Shown: in pieces, positions 13,539 to 24,879 of the stretch
Layout: every line of letters starts with the position of its first letter
Numbering within the stretch: the first letter of the stretch is position 1
Origin: Oculina patagonica
Lineage: Eukaryota
Assembly: GCF_052425735.1 (NCBI RefSeq)
Contig: NC_135769.1
Location: 2,046,001 to 2,110,000, forward strand
Reading direction: 5' to 3'
Length of the DNA: 64,000 nt
Notes under the pieces: generated by a model
The model's input: only the letters and a program-made list of their open reading frames with translations
Database searches by the model: none
Told to the model about the DNA's origin: nothing
Made by a program: the position numbers and the translations under genes

Positions 13539-14994
13539 GTCATTTTACGCAGTTGTGGTTAGGATGCTCTTGTGTATGTGTAAAGCTCGATTGAGGCCTG
13601 AGTTGGTATCGTGAGCGAAATGATAGCGAAGCGCGCAAGGTCTAAAATAGAATGCAAATGAATATAACCCCCACGAGGCTCAAAAAACATCAGCGTGTTC
13701 TGAGAGAAATAGAAGGAATCTAGGCGAAGTTTACGTTTTATGAAAGTGTTTTAGGAACATCGGCTCTTTTAGAAAGTGTTTTAGGAAAATCGTCCGCCAT
13801 TTCGGTTTATTTGTCAGTCTGAGTCTTGTCTTAGTCGTGACGTCACTCGCGCGCTTCGCTATTGGAAAACGCGTACGTCATCGACTGTGACAAGAACTTA
13901 ACTCTCCACACTGTCTCAGTTTAGTGGTATTCACTGTACATGTTTCAAAAAGCACAGTTAGTGGCCAGCAAATCGATGGATAAGTGATTTATAGATTTCT
14001 TAAATTCAAGAACTGTTCAGTAATGAAATAAAAGCAAGAGAAACGGCATCAAACTTTGTATAGAACCATGGGCTGATTTAGGATGGGGCCGAGGGTCACG
14101 TTACATCTTTTTTCCTTGAATTTATTTTAAAAAATAACCAACCGCCTTTCCAGTCGTATTTTGGAAGAGCATATGCGGCGCCAAAGTCTGAAATAAGGTA
14201 TGGTTTGTACAGTCAGGTCAGCGGTATAATTCTTGGGAGAAACTATTTTTATGACTGTTTTTATCCATCCTTTGAGAAGTAGGATTTCAAAACGTTGGTT
14301 ATTTCTATACCATCTTAAATATTTACAAAAACCAAGGAGTTTCTGGGTTTAGGGTCTGGTCTGAGATGGGATATCGATTTTTGGTGTCAGCTCTAAAATA
14401 GGGTAGCGAAAACCGTATGTTTTGGTTTGAAATAGGGCAAGGGTTTCCAGTAAGACACTACCTCTCTGGAACCTCTATTCTCATTCGCCCGCTGTAAACA
14501 CTACCTCTATTGTTATTCAGGGCTAGGGGCATTGTTGTCACCTGTTATCTACTGTTTTAAGAACCAATGAATTAACTCGTTCCGAGAGGTAGTGGGCGAC
14601 CCAGGGTTCCAGGAGGCGCCCTGTACACCCCCACCTAAATATTCGAACTTAGCGAGGGTGGGGGGAGAGATTTATACTCCTAGTCAGTTAATGCTACAGA
14701 AACTGGGATAAGCTCCGACTGTATGGGCCACTTGGCTCGGACACAGACGACGGTGTCCGTTTTAGAGAGAGTTGACTGTATCAGCAAAACCTGACAGTGT
14801 ACGTGACTGTGTTTGAAGCTCCACCCACTCTACCCCCTCACATCACGCCAAAAATGCATGCAAACAGCTACAGACATTGTTCACTGTGGTGGGGTTGTCC
14901 TCAGCTTCATATATTACGGTCTGCTATGTTTAAGTGGTATCTGTCATTCTATTATCTTTAACAAATCAATTTTGGTTTTTGGATTGGTTATTGC

Positions 14995-15203
14995 TACTCC
15001 CCCCTGGCGGGATGCCAGTCCATCGCAGGGTTACCCCCCAGCAGTAAATTCGCCGGTACCCATTTATACACCTGGGTGGAGGGAGGCACTGTGAGAGTTA
15101 AGTGTCTTGCCCAAGAACACAACACAGTTTACCCAGCCAGGTCTCGAACCTGGACCGCTCGATCTGGGGTCCAGCGCGCTAACAATTAGGCCACCGCGCC
15201 TCT
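14995..15203 (-). mobile_element. tRNA-derived SINE (same family as 26100, 30512, 57283)
   Basis: Shared core CCCATTTATACACCTGGGTGGAG...GTGTCTTGCCCAAGAACAC; tRNA-like head on the - strand. Confidence 0.75.
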
Positions 15204-15568
15204 CAATACAAGGTACGTAAAGTAATTTATTTAGTGTCAAATAGACAAGGAGTGGTCTCCCAATCTCCCGAGCCAGAGGCTCATAAAAAAGTGTTTGACA
15301 ATTTAACTGCTAAGAATAAATTAATTACATATTAAAAATACAATATCAAAAAGATGTAAACCCCACATATACAATATTAAACAGATTTAAAAGCAACAAA
15401 TGTCTGTATAATTGACATTTAAGGCAAGTGCTGCACTGGCTGAGCCACTAAAATTCAGCTTAAAAGATGACAGGTTGGGTGTGTTTTTTAATATGTGCCC
15501 GAGCTCGTTCAACACCTCCATTTCAGTTCCTTAAAGTTTAAGCTATTATTCTAAATTGTACAACTGTT

Positions 15569-15927
15569 AGTCGGCAGGGGTACTTTGTAGAACGCAGAAC
15601 GCAGAATGATGGTCAGCGGTTTGCTTGCGGTTAGCTTTCACTCCAGTTTGCTTGTGGTTAGCTTTCACTCCAGTTTGGTGGCGGTTAACTTTCACTCCAG
15701 TTTGCTGGCGGTTAACTTTTACTCCAGTTTGGTGGCGGTTAACTTTCACTCCAGTTTGCTTGCGATTAGCTTTCACTCCAGTTTGCTGGCGGTTAGCTTC
15801 ACTCCGGTTTGCTTACGATTTGCTTTTATTTGCTGGTTAGGGCATTATACTATCGCCGCTCTGTCCGTTCAGCCATTTCATCATTTTACGTTCTGCGTTC
15901 TGCATTCTGCAAAATACCCTGCCGACT
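15569..15927. mobile_element. MITE with an internal 30-bp minisatellite (about 6 units, 15617-15815)
   Basis: TIR AGTCGGCAGGG/CCCTGCCGACT; GTT on both flanks; unit GGCGGTTAACTTTCACTCCAGTTTG(C/G)T. Confidence 0.75.
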
Positions 15928-16308
15928 GTTCAGGGCAGTAACTAGCAAGAGGCAAGAAGAGGCACTTGCCTAGTCTAGATTTTAATCTTTAGTTAAAAAC
16001 AAAAATATGTTTTGTTGGGAAAATAATCCCACGTTGAACAAAAGATTTCTCTCAATTATGAAAAATGTCGAAGAAAGAGTTTTAGAACTTCTACATTTCA
16101 ACACTTCCTGGAGAGCATGCCACCAGAACTGCCCTAGCAAGATTTTGCCTCGTCTACGGCAAAGGTCTGATTACGGCTCTGCTGTTAGTGTCCCAACATA
16201 CAAAACGATTTCTTCCAACCGCCAATTTGTGATCTCATATCCGTTTTTCACATGCCCTTATACACTGTCACATACAACAGTATTTCAATCTCGGCCGCGT
16301 ATGATGAA

Positions 16309-19300
16309 CTATCTCTCTTCCTTTAGCTTTTCTGGCGTCCTGTACACTGGAGCATTTGATTTAGGCAAGGGTGGATTTCCTAATATGATATCAGCTGCCT
16401 TCTCGGCGATCATAATGGTTGGTCCATTAATATTTCCACTAACAATGCTCGGCATGATTGACGCGTCAACAACTCTTAGATTTTCCACTCCGAAGACCTC
16501 CGTTTTGTTATTGACGACAGCCATCGGGTCATCTTCGGCACCCATCTTGCACGTGCACGCTAGATGGTAAGCAGTCTGAGCATGTTGTCGAACCCAAGCG
16601 TCGATTTGGTCATCAGTTTGAACGTGTTCACCTTGAAATACGTGGATTAAAAAAGGAATGTCATGATAGAATTGAGCAACTGCAACTATCATGCAAAGGG
16701 ATACATATATTTATTTTATTGCATTGTTCAGGAAGTTGAGGGGTGTTGAGTAATAGCTGGAAGGAACAGATAACAACAAGAAGCTTAAAGAGCTAAAACC
16801 ACGGTAGCATTAGCGAGACAAGATTGGTTCTGGTTTTAGTTCTGGTTGGCTGAGAAAGTGGCGCGAGTTTTTTAAACCAATCACTGAGCGTAGTAATGCA
16901 AAACCAAAGCAAACGCAAATTACTTTCGATACTTAAGTGAAAACCGCTCTATACAAAGGGATGGTTATCGTCAATTAATGGGGTGGGATATTAGTTGATA
17001 GTCTATTCATTGCGAATACCTGGCCGTAGTTCCTTTTTACGAAACGGATCCAAAGCCTTCTGTTTGAATATTTCACGAGTAAGTTTAATGGAATCCCTCA
17101 AATCTACTCTATCTTCTCCAGCGGAGAGGTAGTTTGGGTTGATAATGGGATAATCATATGGATTCAAAGACTTCAGCTTTACATATCCACGACTCTGAGC
17201 TCGCAGGGAACCAACATGAACCTTGAGAAACAAAGAAGTAGACCATGTTATCAAGCATTATGACATCATCTGGAAAGTTAATTTTTTCTGGCAATATAGA
17301 ATTGTTGTTGTTGTAAGTTATAATTTACTGAAATTGCAAAAATAGTCTTACTTGCCATTAACCCTATTCAGACTGGGCTTTTTGGATCTTTTCAGACCGG
17401 GGGGGGGGGCGGATTCCGCCCCCCCCCCCTCCGTAACTTCCAGGATATTTAAGCAATCCAAAACGTCAGAAAACCGCTAAAAATTACTGCAAAGTACTAA
17501 AATTCAATAAAACTGTTAATTTTCATTAATAGAAACACGAAATTTACAAATTTGGAGAAAACAGGCCTGTCAAAATGCCGTTGACATGGTGACGTCAAGT
17601 TCCTGACACAGCAACCTATCATATCAAATTGTTCCCAGATACATTTTAGATAAAGTCGTAAAGTTTGACAGCGTTTGGCTGAATATTAAAAAAAGTTATT
17701 AGCGTTCAAAGTCAGCGCGGGCACTTTCCGCCCCCCCCCCCCCGGTCTGGATAGGGTTAAGTTTCAATTTTTTTTTCTAATCATAAGGATCAAAGAATCC
17801 GCTACAGTGGCACTGCCATGCAATCTACTTTCTTTATTTCGACTTGGAGTACTTCTACTTCTCCTGGATAGGATGATAGTCCACTTTTAGCATTTTCAAC
17901 CAGTCCGAGCAATAACAGTAAACTGGGTGGGTAAACTGTCTTGACTTCGGACCTTCCACCTACAGATCTTAAGACGAACGCCCTTACCAATAGGCCAACG
18001 CGCCTTCACGCTTGGCTTTGTCTCTGCTGTTATGCGTTGCAAGAAATTAAAGCCTGAAAAAATCGCTCATCTTTGCTTGCACTTTAAACAGGAACATTGT
18101 TGGATGACAAGGTCCCAAAGGAATTTAGGGATCCAGAAATCCGAGGTATGCAGCAAGCGCTTTCAGGATTCCATGCTCTGCAACAAAGTGATATTAGGGT
18201 TCCAAGCAGCAATACGACGGGGTCCAGCCTCTACGGTAAAAATCTTAAGGCTTCTGGGCTACAGCTACCCTCCCGTTTGGTACCCTAAGAAGGGACAGTG
18301 TCGATTTTACTCATGAACTTACCTGAAAGGCGGGAACCTCCACTGCTACTCTACCGTGATCTTTAAATGCGGCAGGTAGAAAGTGGTACTGTATGTTGGG
18401 ATGGGAGATACCTTCCTTGCTGCGAATAAAACCACCGGCCTCGAGATGGTTGGTGGCGCACGGGCCAGTCCTGGTAAGGAACCACCTACCTCCAATAGGA
18501 ACCATGTTCCACCATTTGAGTGTGCGGTACAAACTTGATGTATTGGGAGTACATTCCTGAAAAAAACAAACCTGATGAAAATACATCGCTGAATAATCCT
18601 GAACGTTTTGCTCGACACCTGGAAGATAAACCTTCACAGGAATACCAAGCTAAACTTCTACAAATCGTCAGCGTGTCTTCCTAAAACACAGCATAGCGAT
18701 CATGGCAAGGGCTCAAACCAAGAACTCCTAATCCAGAAATAAACATTTTGTAACTAGATCACGTTTGCGGGTTTGGAAGCTGCAAGAAGTACATCAGGGA
18801 TACAATACGTAAGCTACAAACCTGGTGAAAATACATCTCTAAATGATCCTGAAAGTTTTGCCCCACACCAGGAAGGTGAACCTTCACAGGGATACCAAGC
18901 TTCTTCAAGTCATCAGCATTTCCAATACCAGACAAATTTAATATCTGTGGTGTATTTATCGTTCCAGCGGATAAAATAACTCCCTTCCTGGCCATAGCCC
19001 GCTTCACTTGACCGTCTAACTCGTACTCGACACCTACAGCACGGTTGCTTTCAAACACAATCTTTGTGATCATTGCTCTTGTTTTGGCTCGAAGGTTTTT
19101 ACGTTTCAGCGCAGGTCTGAGATAGGCATTTGCTGCACTCCACCGTACACCTTTGTAGACTGTCATGTCCATCCAACCAAATCCTTCTTGTTCATAGCCA
19201 TTCATGTCTTCTGTGAAGGGATAGCCAGCTTGGACACCTGCGTCAATGAATGCTTGGTATAGAGGATTGTTCATTTTACCGCGTGATACATGGAGAGGGC

Positions 19301-19841
19301 CATCACCACCTCTGTAATCGTCTGGACCTACAAAAATACGGTATAAACATAATCAATTCAATCGCGATTAGCCAGCATCGTACAGACCGCTCCACCGGCT
19401 TTTACAAAAACTGTTCACTATTTTAAACTCTAATACAGAGTACACTTTTGCCCTTATTTGTATTCACATATAATCCATTGTCTTCTTTCCACGACATGCG
19501 CGATACCTGATTCCAAAGTTACACAACTCATTTGGGCCCAAACCTGAGAAGCAAACTGCTCAAGCAAGCAAACTCACGTTGAAACTACGTTTCAAGTAAT
19601 ATATCAAACACGAGAGACAGTGTTTCTTCGGGATATCCAAACACCGAGAAGAGAGTTGAAAATATGACGCGCAGTGGAGTATTTTTGAAAAAATTCGAGG
19701 TGTTTTGATAGCCAATGAAACACTGTCTCGAGTGTTTGATATATCTTCTCAATCGAAGTAAAAACCACAGAGTAAACGGGGAAATAAATCGTAAAAATCT
19801 ATGCTAATTAAGACCGGGTATCCAAACCTCCTTCACGGTTA

Positions 19842-19878
<37 letters not shown>

Positions 19879-22174
19879 GTTTTAGAACTTGCGTATTAAG
19901 CTTATTTTAACTCCTACCTAATTCATGAGTCTGGGACTTCTTAAAGTATGGCAAACAGTCGGCATATGACCAGCCTTCAGCACCTTCCTTTACCCAGCGA
20001 TCGTAATCATAAGCATGACCTCTGACGTATACCATGCCATTCAAAGATGACGATCCACCCCATACTCGTCCTCTGGGTTGGTACAGCCGTCTGGAAAATA
20101 ATTTATTTGTTAAAATAAGTATGTTTTTAATGTTAAACTTATTCAAAGAGGCACTTGGGGGACCTTTTGGGACTGAGGCGGGGGGCCTTCTTCAGAGGCC
20201 AGCCACCTGTAACTATAAAACCGCTAAAACTACGGCAACCAAATTCACACACGATAATGTACAGACACATTCTAATAGCTCCCAATAGCTATAGCTATTT
20301 TTGGTGTCGTTATGACGCAATTTGACGTCATTATGACGTCTTTTACTTGATTTTATTGGGTGTAAATGTCTTTATTAATAATTCTATTGAGTTTGAATGT
20401 ATAACCACAACACTTTAAAAGCTACGTGTTCGACAAAACTCCGGTCTCAACTAACAGTTTGGTTGTCATTTGAAACAGCAAAGGCGTCACTAAGGCGTCA
20501 TATAAACGCAAAAATGAATACGCCATCTTGAATTCCTTTAACCTAATAATATTTATAATATAAATAATAACCTAAAAAGCGAAGTATGTCATGGACTGGA
20601 GAGTACACTCTGGGCTATAAATACTCTGTCATTTTCCACACATGCCGCATTGCTCATATTGTTGTAGCCAGGATTTGTAAAATGCAGCAGTCATGGAATT
20701 ATTTAATTTTAAAACATAGTTGGAGCAATTTTCAATTGAGTGCCCAAAAATAGTCTAAAATTGCTTGATTTTGCTTTACTACACAATGTGATTGGTTTGA
20801 AAAGCTCAGGCCACCTACTCAACGAATCAGATGCAAGGCCGAAACCAATCACGATTTGATCAATCGCGTTTTCCCGTGCTTGGCGCTTGTCACGTGTACA
20901 TTTGCTGCGTGTTCTCATTAGATCGTTATGTATTGAACGTTGGTTGTGATTGACAATTGTGAATTGCTTTGGTTTCTGTTTTATGACACTTAATTGAAAA
21001 CCGCTCTAACTTTCGGAGAGATACCTATTATCCATAAACTCTTGTGGCTCTGTCTCGTAATACCAGTTGTATTTCTTGTCACAAAGATTATATATAAGCG
21101 CAGCCGGCATGTGGATCTTCCATGTCCAATCCTTAGGTCCTGCCTCAAGTAAAAGAACTTTGTTTTCAGGGTTTGCCGACAAACGGTTTGCCAAAACACA
21201 GCCTGCAGATCCTGCTCCACAAATAATGTAGTCGTGGGTTGAAGAGAACTTCATGGTGGATTGGAAACATCGTTGATGAAAATTAGGGCTGTGGGCTATG
21301 CGAGAAAAAAAAACTTGGGCATATAAGGGTTGCAAGTAACTGAGTTAAGTGAAAATTTTGCGGGAGTTTATTTTTTCGATTGGTCATTTGGCGGAATAGA
21401 ATTTCTGCAATTTGTATATACTGAACTAGAGCCCAGAGATAGTAAACAAGGGTTGCCATTTTGACACAAATGGCCATGTTTGTTGGTTTGGGCTAGTATA
21501 CCAGTAGGGGTCGTTTAAAGAGCCCTCTCTCCTCCGCAGAGGCTGCCTGTGCGCTTTCATTTCCCTTTAATTTCACAAGGCTCCACGCAATTACTTTTAA
21601 CCTCTCCCGCCTCGAGCCCGTACGAAAAAATAAATGACAACAACAACAAGCTCTATTTGCATGACTGTAAATTTGTTACAATATTGCAAAAGCGTAAACT
21701 TATTAAGTAATAATAATAATAAAATAAAAGAGGCCTCTGCGGAGGAGAGAGTAATGAGGGCCTAAGAAAACGTCTTTTTTCACTCGTTCCCGGCGTGAAG
21801 GACTCGTAAAGTGATGTAGATATAACTGAAAATGCACCCAGTAATTTTCAAGCTTTTTATGTAAAAGACGCTTGAGTCTAGTTAGCTCTTGATCATGAGA
21901 TAACTTTTAAATAATGCAATTTCCTTTTGCTGTAGCTCAGAGTATTTCAAATCACAGCTTTTCCATTTTAATTATAGTACTCGATGTTGTCACTGATTCG
22001 TTCTCGTAATTTATCAAGAGTGTCACGCTATTAGCGTTTTGAGGTATTTTGGCTAATGACTAAAAACGGAGCTGAAAAAGAAATTTACTTACCCGTTAAT
22101 ATAATTTTATGTGGTGCACGTGCTGCAGGAAGAATTTTAAAGAAGCATCTTTTCAACATCAAGGAGGTTGCCAT
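16309..22174 (-). CDS. CHDH: Choline dehydrogenase-like GMC oxidoreductase, copy C (~596 aa). Exons 22174-22093, 21295-21025, 20090-19918, 19327-18822, 18556-18323, 17221-17020, 16631-16309
   Basis: Spliced ORF of 1791 nt with all GT-AG introns; [22 protein letters not shown] presequence; QDHLE; [12 protein letters not shown]; SGNINGPT. Confidence 0.9.
17362..17756. mobile_element. piggyBac-type MITE
   Basis: TTAA|CCCTATTCAGAC...GTCTGGATAGGG|TTAA. Confidence 0.8.
18572..18675 (-). pseudogene. Degenerate duplicate of the 3' end of coding exon 4 inside intron 4 of gene C
   Basis: Translates ...[26 protein letters not shown]|gtttgt versus the real [26 protein letters not shown]; frameshifted at its 5' side. 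Confidence 0.8.
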
Positions 22175-22951
22175 GTCATTGACGCAGATGTTATAATCTG
22201 AAATTCAAATATTTATTTTTAAAGAAACGCCAAATGATTTTTCGGTTTTATCGAAAACCACCTTCTAAATATACGGTTGTAAAGCATTTCAGGCTCTCAG
22301 AGTCGCTTGCAAGCTTTACTGCAGTTTATTTCGACAGCTTAGCTACATGTCGCCTGTACCGCGCCACCCAGAGATCGTGGAGACCCCCTCCTAAGAGGGA
22401 GGCACAGTGGGTGCATGGACCCCTTACCCTCCCCTGGTGGGTAGCCAGATGGTCAAAATGGAAACTGCATACAATTAAAGGCTAATAAATCCCCCGGCCT
22501 ACAATAACCACCACCAACACCCCCCCCTCCCCCCGCACATGTTAACTTACTCCCCCCCGGCCCTGCCGCTCCCCAACTTATGAAGGAAGGAGACTTGTCA
22601 CGTAACGCGACTTTCGTGACAATTTCCTCCCCAGATTTTTTTCGTCCAAAATTGAACATGTCGCCTGAACTTCGTTTTTGTACTGGAATGTATACAGTGT
22701 AATCCACATATATCAGCAACAGTACTTTTACTGGATCAATTTCGGCATTTCTGGTTTTAGTGGTTTTCTTGTTGTCTGTATTTTTACGGTTTCTCCACTC
22801 GCGTGCCGTCACTGAGTATCACTTACGTTTGCTATAAAAAGATCGGGGTGGAAGATCCCACGAGACTATTCAATTTCCCGCAAATGAAGCGTATTACTCC
22901 AGGGTATCACTACGATATTTCTATTTGAACACATAAAAGTCAAACTTTTAC

Positions 22952-23401
22952 CTGACAGCGTCACACGATGGCATAAAATAGAGAAGATAAATCTTGTACT
23001 TGAAGCCAAAAAAGTGCAGCTTGTGTTACATGGAAAGACTGGGAACTAGTGTACCCAAAAATTGGCAACAGAGTCGGACCGGACAGGCAACAGGGCGATG
23101 GTGTCACGATGTGATGTTTAGAAAATGCAAATATTCTCTCTTCATATCTTGACAGTGAACTGAAACATGTTTTAACCTAATGGAACAGTTATATAAAATC
23201 GTGACTTAACACACATTGGAGAGCCTTACACTCGTGACTGATCAGTATGTCGTGACAGTCCGCAGGGGTTGTCCGGCCGCTCTCGTGAGAAAGTGGAGAG
23301 TCACGCAAACGAATGAGAGCTCTTACTGCAGTAGCAACGTGGGGTCTTTTAGCAGTGACTAGTGCAAATCTACTTTCTTGACTTGTGCAACCCGCACTCC
23401 G
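22952..23401. promoter_or_regulatory. Putative bidirectional promoter of genes C/D, with flanking 5'UTR exons (C donor near 22951 on -, D donor CCG|GTAAGC at 23402 on +)
   Basis: Lies between divergent genes; cluster of CGTGAC/GTCACG motifs; homologous to the A upstream exon and to 35870-36030 upstream of E. Confidence 0.5.
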
Positions 23402-24879
23402 GTAAGCCGAGATCAATATTATTATTGTTCCATCAATGTTTAAATGAGCGTTTCCGTGACTTGAGAAAAAATCTCCTCGCCTTACTTGCACAGATGTCCA
23501 AGTGTTTTAATTGAGCGTTTCTCTCTATAGTATATTTCGACCTTTCTAAAGCGCTAGCTTTAGCCTCTCCCTCGTTGCTTCAGTAAATAATTTGCCACTT
23601 AAATCATCTAGTTAGAGTAATGAAAAAAAAATACCACAGATCATACGGTTGTATGTACCTGTTGAAATGATTTGCTTGCTTCGGAGGGTGAATGAACTGA
23701 AGCTTTGAATATAAGCCTAATGCTTAGGCTACATTTCTGCAAAACTTTGATAGAGTTATGCAAGGTAAAAGAGACAGGAATCAAGGTGCAACTATAAACA
23801 TGAAAACGCCTAGTTCGCTTTTTCCAACCTAACCCAAAATACTTAACACTTGAGGTTTTATCAAGCAGAAGGTTAGCCCCCCTGCCTTGCTCCCCCCCCC
23901 CAACCAATTAACTGAAGTTGAACCAAGGATTATTCCCTATCAGCTCTGTGGGTTTTTTTTTACTCCCAGTACTTGTTTGACACTACTGAAATTCTTGCAT
24001 TAGCCATTCACATATCACAATTCTGATCTATTGTTTGATTTTTTTAATAAATCATACCAGTACATTGCATTTTGTTATATAAGTTGGCCATATTGCTGCC
24101 ACAAGGGCCATTCCATTTTATATTCACACCCCCCTGTTGACAAGGTTATTCGCCATTCCCAACAACCAAAGAAATTCCAATTTGTACCCAAAAGTCTATT
24201 GCACCCCCATGGGGACTCCCATACAAAAAGGACTAGGTATAGGATGCTTGTCATCTCATTTAGGAGTGTAAATTATGGATTTTGGTCTAACTTAGGGTTT
24301 TTACAGAACAGAACGCCATAATTTTTTTATCTGTCAAGGTTTTGTTATGGGTTGGAAAATGAAATAATAAAAATAGAATAATGATGATGATTTTGATATA
24401 AATCACTGCCATACTGTATTGGTGGTCTGTTGTGTTTTAGGGGTGAAAAAAGTTTCAGCCAAATACCTTTAGAAGGGGCCTGAAGGGGTAAAATGGGAAC
24501 TGGGATTTGGACAAATTGTCACTGGGAAAATTGGATCTAGGTCACTGGGACTGGGAATCAAAAAATAGAGCTGGGAATGGGATTAGGAAATTTGGGAAAA
24601 AATAGGCTGGGAAATGGGATTTTATACCCCCTCCCTCCATTTTCGGGGGGTTTTAGGGGTTTAGTTCAGGTTTTCTGATGAGCATCCCATATGGGAGCCT
24701 CTTCCCTGGGGTTGCACAACCCCATTACCACCACCCTCCCCCTCCCTGGGGTTGCACAACCCCATCACTACCACCCCCTCCCCCTCCACCCATACCAGTT
24801 CTTACCCAGCAAGGTAGAGTGAGGGTAAGGTTCTGTCATGTAGACGAATGGCTAAAATTATGTTACTCCTTTTATAGGC

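Noticed and set aside
13286-13543. Antisense ORFs over GMC exons (also 16007-16570, 32441-32650, 45256-45465)
   Set aside because: Shadow frames of the real coding strand
15567-15941. Repetitive-peptide ORFs or a CRISPR-like array
   Set aside because: The 30-bp tandem units have no unique spacers and lie inside a MITE; there are no cas genes and the context is eukaryotic
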